Assembly: GCA_004764695.1 (NCBI GenBank)
Contig: SMSO01000031.1
Coordinates: 7,236,761-7,300,760, forward strand
Reading direction: 5' to 3'
Source of the DNA: Schizochytrium sp. TIO01
Lineage: Eukaryota > Protista > Bigyra: Labyrinthulomycetes
Length of the DNA: 64,000 nucleotides
Part shown: positions 14,717 to 26,600 of the stretch, piece by piece
Position numbering within the stretch: position 1 is the stretch's first letter
How the letters are laid out: every line of letters begins with the position of its first letter
The notes under the pieces: model-generated
Told to the model about the DNA's origin: nothing
Databases searched by the model: none
What the model saw: the letters and a program-made list of their open reading frames with translations, nothing else
Program-made: the position numbers and the translations under genes

Positions 14717-14717
14717 A
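14647..14717. repeat. (CAA)n microsatellite
   Basis: About 23 triplets with one CGA interruption. Confidence 0.97.
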
Positions 14718-15149
14718 TACAACGCTGGACAGCTGAGGTGAGAAACGAATCCATATGCCCTGCGCTTTGGAGGCAATACCATTTCCATGGCTGGACAAGT
14801 TTCGGAATATTCAGCTCGGAAAGATACTGTAAGTTGGACTGACCTTTCATTCCTTAGACCTCTGTAGGCATCCCAAACCAGTCGATAATATGCAGCCATA
14901 TAATGGTAGAATAGCTTCTGTACTAAAAGAGAAACGTGCTCTTCTTGAATTTATATGTACATTCGAACTCAAATGTTTGTTTAGGCCTCGTGCTTCCCCT
15001 AGGCTTCCCTTTTCTACAAGGTATCATTTCCGATAGAATACAAGCTTCTGGGTAAGGGCAATTGTCCATCTTTTGTAAACATTAGCAAACCCGAAATAAG
15101 AATTCTAAACTTTAGTGCTATATCAAACCTTGAATCGGGTGCTACTAGG

Positions 15150-15986
15150 ATGGAGTTTGGCTACCAAGGGGAGCTTGGTCCTGACCATTGGGGAACGTTG
15201 TGCCCTGAGTGCTACGTTGCAGATAAAGGCATTGCACAGTCGCCCATTGATTTGCCTCTACTTGACGAAAAACAACTTAGTAGGTACGCTATTTTCAATC
15301 AAGAGGGAGATCTACCCTACGAAGAAGAAAAAAATGAGAGCAACGATGGTTCTACTTCGACTGCTCCTATCAAGCAAATATCACTTCAACTAAAGTCTGC
15401 CCCAGGCTCAATTGTCAATGATGGGAAAACAATCAAGGTTTCAGCCAAAGGCGCCAGTGTTCTCACTGTCAATAGTAGAGTTTATGAACTGGCTCAATTC
15501 CACTTTCATTCTCCTGCAGAGCATACAATCAATGGTGTACGTCACGACCTAGAGATGCATTTTGTTCATCTCCCCCAAAAGCGTCAGCATGGAGGCATAA
15601 TTGCTGCTGTGCTGGGAATCCTCTTTAAAGTTGGAACCAGTCCTGACCCTTTCATATCTTGCTTGTTTCAACACATTCCTGACTTAACTGAAAATATCCC
15701 CAAACCGCTTCCAGGAAACGTAGTCTTTACACAACTTCAATTCGACCACCACTTTTTTGATTACGAGGGGTCGTTGACCACACCTCCATGCTCGGAAGGA
15801 ATCCACTGGTGCATTATGCAAAAGGTTCTGACAATCACCCAAGAACAACTTGACATTTTCCGAGAGGCGGTTCCATTCGACAATTATCGGCCAACCCAAC
15901 CTCGCAATAGTCGCCCTGTAGATCTTATCCATACTCAGTACTCAGTACACGAGTCTGCAAAAGGTCATCAGTGTTGTAACAACTGA
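15150..15986 (+). CDS. alpha-carbonic anhydrase, copy 2 (278 aa), tandem paralogue
   Basis: Same motifs as copy 1 (QSPIDL, QFHFHSPAEH, EMHFVH, FFDYEGSLTTPPCSEGIHWC, DNYRP) and long identical peptide stretches shared with it. Confidence 0.96.
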   Translation: MEFGYQGELGPDHWGTLCPECYVADKGIAQSPIDLPLLDEKQLSRYAIFNQEGDLPYEEEKNESNDGSTSTAPIKQISLQLKSAPGSIVNDGKTIKVSAKGASVLTVNSRVYELAQFHFHSPAEHTINGVRHDLEMHFVHLPQKRQHGGIIAAVLGILFKVGTSPDPFISCLFQHIPDLTENIPKPLPGNVVFTQLQFDHHFFDYEGSLTTPPCSEGIHWCIMQKVLTITQEQLDIFREAVPFDNYRPTQPRNSRPVDLIHTQYSVHESAKGHQCCNN

Positions 15987-16145
15987 TGTTTTGGGGCCAA
16001 ATCGTCCATTGCGATTAGAACGATTAAATCATCCATTTTCATGTACAACTTAATTGTATGATTTAAGCAGATCTATAATTATATAGTCACCCTTCTTGTT
16101 ATAGTAACAAACTTTTTGTAAGCATGTGCTGGAAGATGAACCTGT

Positions 16146-16572
16146 TCAGCTAGAGGTTGACTAAGAGTATAAAGGCTAGATACTTGATGAAGATCTTTAA
16201 GAAGACATAATGAAGGTTAATTTTACGAGTTTCTGATCTGCTGTCTTTGAGAATGGATTTTCAAAACAATCCAATACATGCTGCAATTATGAGACTAACA
16301 CATACTTTATCTGTGCTCGACACAATGACGAGGTTATGTCAACCCCCAATTCAAGTTCCACCATATTTGGTTCTAGTGAGTCTGTACGTACCCCTTTAGT
16401 TTATGGCTTCTCAACAACAAAAATCTGTTTGTCTAGTTCTCTTGTAAGTAAGCCCTAAATCTGTGAAGTCTTTCAAAGGGATGTCTAGAAGTCTTGCAAT
16501 GTACTAACCACTGCCAACCAACTTTTATAAAGCATTATTTTGCCTGCACCTTCATAGTCAACCTCTAGCTGA
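16146..16572. repeat. 18-bp perfect inverted repeat pair bounding 427 bp (MITE-like)
   Basis: tcagctagaggttgacta at 16146-16163 and tagtcaacctctagctga at 16555-16572. No long ORF inside and no clear target-site duplication. Confidence 0.55.
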
Positions 16573-17245
16573 CCAGAGATGTTTCTCAGCACACATTACG
16601 AAGCTTATGATCATAATCGTTCTTAACATGTGGGGAAATGGCTCTTGGGCATGCAGCGGTGGTATACATTACTTTTGACAGTAACAACAATATAATGAGG
16701 ACACAAGCCGAAGCAATACTCTTGCATATGTTATGTGTAGATTCTGCAAAAGATGTTTCACGAAGGTTGCAGATCTTACTACAAAAAAAAAAAAAAAAAA
16801 AGAAGAGAGAAATTTTAGAACTTACTTGCATTAGAGAGGACTATAACAGTGCTACCAATTATAGTCGTGCCTTCTCAAGGTTCGAGACTGGAGGTAAACA
16901 GCAAAACATATTATGAATATCTAATTATAGGACACTTATAGTTTACGAGGTAGTCATGCAGAATAAATCTAACGAAAGAACTGAAAAACAGGCATTGAAC
17001 GAAACGGTCGGCTTGAAACTGGGAAGAGAGGAAAATATGATATGTAGAAACCCCGGTGAAGTGTAGTATTTGGTTTACTACAGAATTGTAGCAACTACTT
17101 GGGCTCACATCAGGATCAAAGACGGAAATATGAACAAAGCAATCCAATCTCATCAGTAAGATGCCGTGAAGAGTGCATACATAACCAAAAGATTCACTTC
17201 TTAAAACGACATGAATTTCCACTGGCAAGAAGCTTAGTTGACTTG

Positions 17246-18134
17246 CTAGTTGAGGTCGAGATCTATTTCATTAGGAATCTCAAGCAGAAAGGCATCAAAA
17301 TTATTCTCGACATAGTCACAGAAGTAACGGAAGTCCTTGCATGAATCAATTAAGATTTTTAGGACCTGAACTGACTTTTGAAGAGGACTTGCCAGACTTT
17401 CGCCACGTAAAAAGCCTGATTTAACCTCTTCGATTTGGATTTTTCCTTTATGGTACCACCAACCTGAGGCTTGTCCTGAAGACTTGCTCACCATCGTTCT
17501 GAGCAATAATTTCAGAAACTAGGTTTCTTTGCTCAACAGGGTCTTTGATATATTTGAAAGTTTTGTACACTTCTGATGTGGTGTCGAGAACGCCAGCTTC
17601 TTCTATAATGCTTAATAATTGATTATCCTCAGGATACTCTCCAACAAAATCTTTCCATTCCATCAAGTAGGCAAGGGTTGGAGTAGAATCAGGGGCAACT
17701 CGAATGTCAATTCTCCAATTTTCACCAATGTAAGAAAACCACATCGCCAATTGAATAAGACCAATCACATTCTCATTTGATTCAATAAGGTGACCTACTG
17801 AACGTGAGAAGATATTGGAATCCGTCAGATCGAGTGCATCTTCCGAACCAATAGACTGAAGATGATTCAAGTAGTTGGCAACAGTTTGCGAATTGGCAGG
17901 AACACCACCATTATAGTCTATATTCGAGTCGAGCGCTTTTTCAATCTTGAGAAAAACATCCTGCTGCTCATTCCGCTGAGTCATGATCTTCGCGCCAAGA
18001 GTTTCTGTAAATGAGCGCTGGGATGTGTCAGTTTCCGTGCCAGAGATGCATGTCGCTGCCAGGAAAACCTGAGCCACAACCGCCACCACTGTGAGCTTGC
18101 GAGGCAGCTTCATCTTTTCTTGTCGAGTCGCCAC
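17246..18134 (-). CDS. Uncharacterised secreted/membrane family protein, paralogue 1, split by a +1 frameshift near 17461
   Basis: Hydrophobic N-terminus (LTVVAVVAQVFLAATC). The block LIQLAMWFSYIGENWRIDI matches the paralogues at 29772-30890 and 51800-53269. Removing one base at 17461-17462 joins ORF 17448..18134 to 17246..17506 (RTSLR-WWYHKGK...LKILIDSCKDF...FLL...IDLD) and restores the family C-terminus. Confidence 0.8.
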
Positions 18135-18789
18135 TGCTGCTGACTGTCTTCGTTGGTGTATGTATCGCCTGCCACAGCCAACTGCGCAGTGACAAGGAAC
18201 TGCTTCGAGCTACCTGGCTAGCTAGTCGCTCTCCCGGTTCTTTGCTATTGCTGTCGTTCGAAGTTGTCGTTTGGGGTCTGCCTGCGTCCACAGCCAGCTG
18301 GGATCGCCTCTTCGTCCCTGCCTCGCGCGTTTGCCGCACGATGCGGCTCTGGCTTCCGCGCCAGGATCAATTATAGTTTTGCCTGCTCTGCTTTTTGTTT
18401 GGACCCTTGCGCGCGGAGGTACGCGTGTGTTACTTTTTCTTTTTCTATTTCTTTTTCTTTTTCTTTTCTTTCAATTACTTTTTTTAAATTACACCCAGCT
18501 CTCTCCATTCATAAAGTTGGAAAGTAGGTATTACACCCTCTGCTAGTACTCGCCTACCTCTTCGCTGAGGACCCCGTCTGCAAAGCGCATCAGCTTTTCT
18601 TCTTTTTCTCTTCACTTTTCCGAAGAAAAACACTTTTTCTCTCTCTCTTCCTTTCTTTCCCCCTAAACAAACAAGCACACAATCATCCTCGCAGCCCTCC
18701 TTTCCAACCCCGCCCATTCGCTCTTCATTCTTCGCGAGGCCATCGCAAGCGCCAAACTCGCAGAGCTGCCGAAACAAGCAGTGTCCAAG

Positions 18790-19088
18790 CACAAGAACAA
18801 TAACAATAACAACAATAACAGGAACAAATAACAACAACGAATAACAATAACAATAACAACAAGAACAGGAACAAATAACAACAACGGATAACAATAACAA
18901 TAACAATAACAATGGCAACAATCGAATAATAATAATAAGAACAAATAACAAGAACAAGAATAAGAACAAGAACAAGAACAAGAACAAGAACAAGAACAAG
19001 AACAAGAACAAGAACAAGAACAAGAACAAGAACAAGAACAAGAACAAGAACAAGAACAAGAACAAGAACAAGAACAAGAACAAGAACA
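18790..19088. repeat. Compound (AACAAT)n/(AACAAG)n microsatellite
   Basis: Degenerate AACAAT run followed by more than 20 AACAAG hexamers. Confidence 0.97.
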
Positions 19089-19375
19089 AAACCCGCGCAA
19101 TGCCACGGTCTGCCTACAAGTACGTGGGCCTCTGCGCCGCTCCGTGAACACGAGGACCCGAAGCGCTGCCACAGACTGCCGCCGCAGTGCCTATTGGGCG
19201 ACCTGCGAAGAGCGCTAAGCGCGGTTCTCGCATCAGATTTGGAGACCTGCACACATTATTCTTGACAGGGAAGTGCATTCGAAGGACCACAGCTGCACGC
19301 TATGGATGTATACGCAAAGGTAACCAACCATAACATGTACACGCGGCGAAATGCACGAAAGGAAACGGGGTTCGA

Positions 19376-19577
19376 TGCAATGCAATTGAATACAATGCAA
19401 TTGAATACAATGCAATTGAATACAATGCAATTGAATACAATGCAATTGAATACAATGCAATTGAATACAATGCAATTGAATACAATGCAATTGAATACAA
19501 TGCAATTGAATACAATGCAATTGAATACAATGCAATTGAATGCAATGCAATTGAATACAATGCAATTGAATGCAATG
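19376..19577. repeat. 15-bp minisatellite (TGCAATTGAATACAA) x13
   Basis: 13 tandem copies, two with an A>G variant. No spacers between units. Confidence 0.97.
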
Positions 19578-20334
19578 GATTGCGCTCCTTAGATAAAAGG
19601 AAAAGAAGAGATTATGAAGGAAAAGTGGAGTTCCTGAGGACCCTCCTTAAAAAGTCAACTCATACTATATAGTATCTGCTAACCAACCTACTACGAAATT
19701 GTATTGCAAAGAAAGATGATTTATATGAATGAAAAACAAAATGAAAGTACTTCGAAAACTCCTTTGATTTTGTTTGATTTTGTTTGATTTTATTTATTTA
19801 TTTGTTTGTCTGTCTATTTGTTTGTTTGTTTCCTTTATTTATAAAATTCTAAAAAGTAAACGATTTTTAAAATAAAGAAAATGTACGTCTTTATCCTTCG
19901 CTACTTGTCTCCGGCTGCGCACCAAACCATGTAGCGCGGGTGAGGAAAGGGACGGACCTTGCACTGTGTCCTTTTAACGTAGCAACGCCGGGTCTTGGAG
20001 GGCTTAAATCAGCTCCTACTGTAGCCAGGTTCCTGTATTTTGTTTCCTCCCTTCAGGTATCCGTACGCGGACTCAGGTCTGAAACCCGCAAAATTGATAG
20101 CCAGCGAGCTAGCTGGCTGCTAGTCGGCTCCTAACGAATCGCTTAGTGCACACCTCTGTGTGATTGATTGAAGTTCAATTTATATTTGCACTCAAAAGCA
20201 GAAGAGCGCCATACATTGTCGGCGTGGAAATGCAAAGGCTTCACGGATGCGCGAGGACCGCAAGAATGCTCATATTGGTCCATGCAGTAATGGTGCATCT
20301 TTAGTTTAATATTAACTCGAGATTTCTTATTCAC

Positions 20335-20803
20335 CAAGTTAAAGATATCCTAACTCAGACAGAAGCATGGAACAGCAAGCCGATTGGCATTGGCTGCATC
20401 AAAATGGCCAAACATGCGGGGTTAGTGGACATAATCAGCAGACAGCTGAGGCTGGTCCTTCGTTCACAGGTTACCTTCTTGTCATGCTTTGCCACGGACT
20501 TTCAGGGAGACCGCACTTAATTGCTTCTTCAAGAATCCATCAGGAGGAGGCACTTTGGCACCTATTGCGGGCAATATGAAGGGGTACCTACTCGAAAACA
20601 AAGTTGAGAACTATGAAGAAGCTGAAGATGACCAATTAGATTGCTGCCAGAGTCTCAGGGCGCCAAGCCTTATCCTTGAAATAACCTCGCGAGGATTAAA
20701 GATGAATCAACGCAGGTACTTGCTTGCTGCTTATTTTTATAACATCCTGGAAAGCTTAGGCACTCGCGAGTCAGATGTTTCCATCTACCTATCTAAAAAC
20801 TGA
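20335..20803 (+). pseudogene. Possible decayed fourth member of the same uncharacterised family (C-terminal part)
   Basis: Across two frames: LLVMLCHGLSGRP matches LLTFTLAVSEARP, and SLILEITSRGLKMNQRRYLLAAYFYNIL matches SLLKLLEESVEQYPRVNDLLRAVFYEFL of the 51800 protein with identical spacing. Identity is low. Confidence 0.35.
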
Positions 20804-23674
20804 AATTGGCATTGATTGTATTGAGCCTTTACTCAAGCGAAAACACTTTTTTTTTTTCTTTTTTTAATTAAATAATAAAGTAATATTCATCAATTAATGG
20901 TGCTTAATACCTCTGGCTAGTGAGAGTGCACGTATTGGAACAATTGAACAGCGTAGGTACTTACAACCTTTGAAGAAGAAGAAGCTTCGTACTGCAGGGT
21001 CACATCAATGGTTAACTACCGCAGGTACCTACGATTTCCAGTCTTATGCCGCAATCTGCCTTGCCTTACTTACTTACTCTTCTAGGCAACCAGCTAATTA
21101 TCGATTCTTACGATGGCAGCTGTTTTTCGTTTTTTTTAATTCTACACGCCAATTTCCCCCTATTATTATTATTATGATTATGATTATTATATAAACTTAC
21201 TACTTCTACAGAACTAGGTATTACAGGTGTAGTTTATTATTATTACTCTTTATTTACAACTTTAAATTAAAAGTTGAAATCAAATGAACAAAAGGCCTCA
21301 GGCAAACAATAGATCGGTTCTAGAGAATTTCGCTCGATTCCGAGAATCTACGGATGCTGCTTTGTCCTGTGCGAAAAACCATTGGACCCTAGATATTGGA
21401 GTCTTAGCTTTGACGAGTGAGTATGAGTACATTGGTTCTCAATCTCAGCAAATGATTGTTTTGGCTTCCTTCCGTTTTACCCACGCTAAAAGAGTTTATT
21501 TAATGTTTAATTAAACAAATGATGAGTACCCTGCACAATTTTACCAAACTCAGGATCAATTCGGATGCAGATTGAGGACAGCAATGGCACCCATTCTGAA
21601 TAAACCTTTGATTCAAGTTTGATGATCCATTTCGTTTACCTATCATCATTGAATTGGTTGTCCCGATGCACGATTGTGCTCCAAGTTTATAGTGTAGGAT
21701 ACCCCCCATCGAAGTAAATGAATGCATTGACATATTCCGGGGTCAACTTCCAAGCCATTCATTCAGTGAGTGAATGTTCTGACTTGACCTTTTTACCTTA
21801 GTTGAACAATGATCACGAGGTGCCTCTCACTAGGAAGTGCAGGCTATTACATGCCACATCGCTATGTACTGCTCTACCATGTGCTGCTCGGTACCCGAGT
21901 ACCCCAGCGCCGGAAGACTTCATCAAGGATGCATCGAAGTGCTTTACGCAATGAGTCGCAATCGTAGTCAATTGGGTACGCAACAGCGAAGATCGTGCGA
22001 GCAAAATGCACTTGAGCTTTAGTTTATAATGCTTGTAGATCTCGTAGGCGAGTGATGCTTGGACTTGATTTTTAGTATATTGAGGTACCTTGTGAGTATG
22101 ACTGGGCGAATGCTGCTTGGGTTTGTTTCCATTTTTAGACACTTGACGCATCGCGTTGAGCAATTCAGGGGTCCCCGTTGAGTAAGGAAGAACCATTGTA
22201 CAATTTGTGGCCCTGAGCAAACTCTTCCTGAAAAACGGGCAGGCAATAAATGGCACATGAAGTGGAGTTGCTGTAAAACTCATAAAGGACCGAGACAGGA
22301 GAGTATCCTCAAGCCCAAACCAACCATTCTTATATTACGAAGGGTTGGCAATCACTGCAACCATGCCCACTTTAAGCTTTTACTTGGAAAGCCAGTATTG
22401 CCTCAGTGGGAGCTCGCTTGTAGCCCTCTTCAAAGGGCATCTTCGTTTCTTGTAAAGGTGGATCAAAGACAAGCAAGTACTTCTGTATTGTTTCCAAACA
22501 ACAATCTCTTGAATTGGCGCGTATCCTCAATATTCAGGGTTATGCACATTTTTATTTCAATTTTTACGTAGGCAAAACTTCAAGCGAAAATAAAACGTTC
22601 TAGCTGTGGACATATTTAAAAGCAAGTGCCGACTAGGGTGTCTCGGAATTTCTTTCTTGCCGCCTCACGTAATTGATGAAGTTCTGCCCTGAGCACCAGC
22701 CGATTCTATTTCGCTGAGTTTAAAATACCTCTCCGCACACGCATGGTGAACAAAACATTCAATTTAACTCGAATTGGAAGTGCAACATTTGAAAATAGCA
22801 TAATGCCATTTAGTTGCGTTTGGCCCCATTTCTATATTGACTCTGAGACTTCATTGAGAACTACAAGGGACTGAAGAAAGTATGGATGCTAGACTTTATA
22901 GTTGTTGAATTTGCATGATCACATTTTTAAAACTGCAAAAAATATTCTCAGCACTGCAATTCTCGGCGCTCCTTTTGATGAGACGGGAGTACAAAGCGCT
23001 TAGCATTACTCCAAGGCTCAGCATGTCTTGCGTATCTGTTTGGAATCTTCATCTCGTATAAACCTAAGCACAAATTTCACCTGTTCCGAGCTAGCCTCTA
23101 AAGTATTCTCAAAGCATAGGCTCCAATCAAAATTACATGTGTCTTGCAACTACTCCCAAAGTAGACAAAGTAACAAGATGGCCTAAATGGTGGCGGGCAT
23201 AAGAGGTTGCCTGGAACCGCATCCTCTTCAAGCATGCATGATAGCCTAGTCTTGAACGAATGATCTTGCCGCAGAACCCTGCACCTGCAAAGGATTTGTC
23301 CTATTTAATTCCTCTTAAGTTTGCATAGCTCCCGTCTAATTGCAGTTTAATAAAAGGAGAAAAGATAGCAATTTCATGCGTATCGCAAAAATACTATTCA
23401 ACTTAGATATAAACCGAGTTATTCAAGAGTGGAGGTAGCTATTGGTCCTAAAAGCCATTTCTTAATCGCCCACTGCAAAGAGGAAGGCAAGACGCCGAGA
23501 AAGCATATCATGACTTACGAAGGCACGCTCTTAGACTTAGCCACCTGATGACCTTAATCTGTATTTTGCCCCTGCGCATTCACTGAGTATTCAGTACGCT
23601 TTCACCTCTTGCTCAGTAGAAGTTTCTTTCCAAATAATAAAGTAAAAAAACAAAATATAGCTGCATCTTGACAA

Positions 23675-26600
23675 TTATTCTAGTCTCGCAGAAGCTTGCT
23701 CAAATATGCGTATTGATGGGAACCTTCTTCTTGCTTCAGAAACAGACTCTCGTGCACCCAACTTGATGAGAATCTCAAGTCCTTTGCGATTCCATGAGAA
23801 ATTATAAATTGCCCGACACGCCCATTCTTGCACGTCTGCATTCGTTCGATGTGAGCGCATGGCGGCAACAATCTCTTCACCCACATTCAAATCTTGTCCC
23901 AGGATCTCTCGGTTGCGATCGTTCAAAGCAAGGTTCGACAATGCTGTACATGCGTATCTTTGCACGTCTGCATTCGTTCGATGTGCTCCCATGGCGGCCA
24001 CAATCTCTTCACCCACATTCAAATCTTGTCCCAGGATCTCTCGGTTGCGATCATTTTTAATTGCAAGATTCGACAGTGCTCTACATGCACTACTTTGCAC
24101 GTCTGCATTCGTTCGATGTGCGCATGCGGCCACAATCTCTTCACCCACATTCAAATCTTGTCCCAGGATCTCTACGTTGCGATCATTTTTCACGACAAGA
24201 TTATACAGTGCTCCATGCGTATCTTTGCACTTCTGCATTCGTTCGATGTGCGCATGGCGGCCACAATCTCTCACCCACATTCAAATCTTGTCCCAGGATC
24301 TCTGCGTTACGATCATTTGAAGCAAGATTACACAGTACTCCACATGCATACCTTTGCACGTCTGCATTCGTTCGATGTGCGCGCATGACGGCCACAATCT
24401 CTTCACCCACATTCAAATCTTGTCCCAGGATCTCTGCGTTGCGATCATTGCTTGAACCAAGATTCATCAATGCCCGACATGCATATTCTTGCACGTCTGC
24501 ATTCGTTCGATGTGTACACATGGCGGCCACAATCTCTGCACCCACATTCAAATCTTGGCCCAAAATCTCTCGGTTACGATCATTTTTCACGACAAGATTA
24601 CACAGTGCTCCACATGCGTCTCTTTGCACTTCTGCATTCGTTCGATGTGCGCGCATGGCGGCCACAATCTCTTCACCCACATTCAAATCTTGTCCCAGGA
24701 TCTCTACGTTGCGATCATTTTTCACGACAAGATTATACAGTGCTCCGCATGCGTATCTTTGCACTTCTGCATTCGTTCGATGTGCGCGCATGGCGGCCAC
24801 AATCTCTGCACCCACATTCAAATCTTGTCCCAGGATCTCTGCGTTGCGATCATTTGACAGCAAGATTCCACAGTGCTCCACATGCACTACGTTTGCACTT
24901 CTGCATTCGTTCGATGTGCGCGCATGGCGGCCACAATCTCTTCACCCACATTCAAATCTTGTCCCAGGATCTCTTCGTTGCGATCATTTTCACGACAAGA
25001 TTCCACAGTGCTCCGCATGCGTATCTTTGCACTTCTGCATTCGTTCGATGTGCGCGCATGGCGGCCACAATCTCTGCACCCACATTCAAATCTTGTCCCA
25101 GGATCTCTGCGTTGCGATCATTTGAAGCAAGATTCCACAGTGCTCCACATGCATATCGTTTGCACTTCTGCATTCGTTCGATGTGCGCGCATGGCGGCCA
25201 CAATCTCTGCGCCCACATTCAAATCTTGTCCCAGGATCTCTTTGTTGCGACCATTTTGAAGCAAGATTCCGCAGTGCTCCACATGCATATCTTTGCACTT
25301 CTGCATTCGTTCGATGTGCGCGCATGGCGGCCACAATCTCTTCACCCACATTCAAATCTTGTCCCAGGATCTCTTTGTTGCGACCATTTGAAGCAAGATT
25401 CCGCAGTGCTCCACATGCATATCTTTGCACTTCTGCATTCGTTCGATGTGCGCGCATGGCGGCCACAATCTCTTCACCCACATTCAAATCTTGTCCCAGG
25501 ATCTCTGTGTTGCGATCATTTACAGCAAGATTCCACAGTGCTCCACATGCATATTTTTGCACGTCTGCATTCGTTCGATATGCGCGCATGGCGGCCACAA
25601 TCTCTTCACCCACATTCAAATCTTGCGCTAGAGTAACTTCATTCTCTTTATTACTGAAGGTAAGAGTCCTGACACAAGCACATGCTGCGGCCTGCACTGC
25701 TGCTTCGCTCGCATACTCTTGCATAATACGAATCAGTACAGGGCCTATACCATAGGTTTTCACTGCCGCCTCAGTATACTCCACAGCAGCCTCACCAGAA
25801 AAAGCAAAACGAAATGTCCAAAGCGCTTCAGAAATCACTTCGGCATCGTGTTGTTCATCCTTCAGGATTTTTATCAAATGAACAAGGATACCCCGCTCAC
25901 GAACCTCTCTTCTCAGCTGATCGTGGCCCTCTTCAGCTTCAGCTGACTCGAATTCGCCCTCCAAAATGTCGTGCAGAATCTGTAGCGTTCGTAAAAAATC
26001 AACTCGCTCGCCTCTCTCAGCCAAATCTCGAACGAGGCCTTGCACCATTTCCACACTCACACTCTGCTTTGCAGATGTGCGATGGTTCCGTTTTGAGAAG
26101 GCAGCAGCAAGTCCACGTATAAGTCTGCTCGATCGACGTTCAACACCGCGAGACTCGAACCTTTTTAAGACCTCCTCAGCAGTAGGCCTCTTCGCGGGCT
26201 CTTCGTCCCAACAAGACTCCATGATGCGGACGACCCAGAGTTTTACCGGGATCTCATCAGATATTACAGGGCGCTCCCCTGCAAGAACTCTGCTTTCAAG
26301 CTCTCCTGGGTGATAAATCAAATGCTCGTATGGCGTCTCCTCATGATAAATCTCCCACACAACCACACCTAGAGAATATGTATCTGCCTTTGTTGTCCAG
26401 CGAGCAGGCGCCTGAAGTACTTCTGGAGCCATATACACGGGGGTTCCAGCCACAGAAATTGTCTCCGCCAAACTTGTATTTGGACTCGTTCTGGCAGCAA
26501 GACCAAAGTCTGCTAGCTTCACTAGACCAAAATCTTGACTGAGAAGTACATTGGCGGGTTTCAGATCACGATGAATCACATTCTGACTATGGAGATAGCA

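Noticed and set aside
19376-19577. CRISPR array
   Set aside because: Units are directly adjacent with no unique spacers, the context is eukaryotic, and no cas genes are present.
18484-19592. ORFs with FLFL, CSCS, VLVL or HCIQL repeats (similar cases at 5746-6040 and 14512-14899)
   Set aside because: Translations of microsatellites and minisatellites.
23794-25755. Long plus-strand ORFs (e.g. 24061..25125, 24452..25636)
   Set aside because: Antisense shadows of the ARM repeat array.
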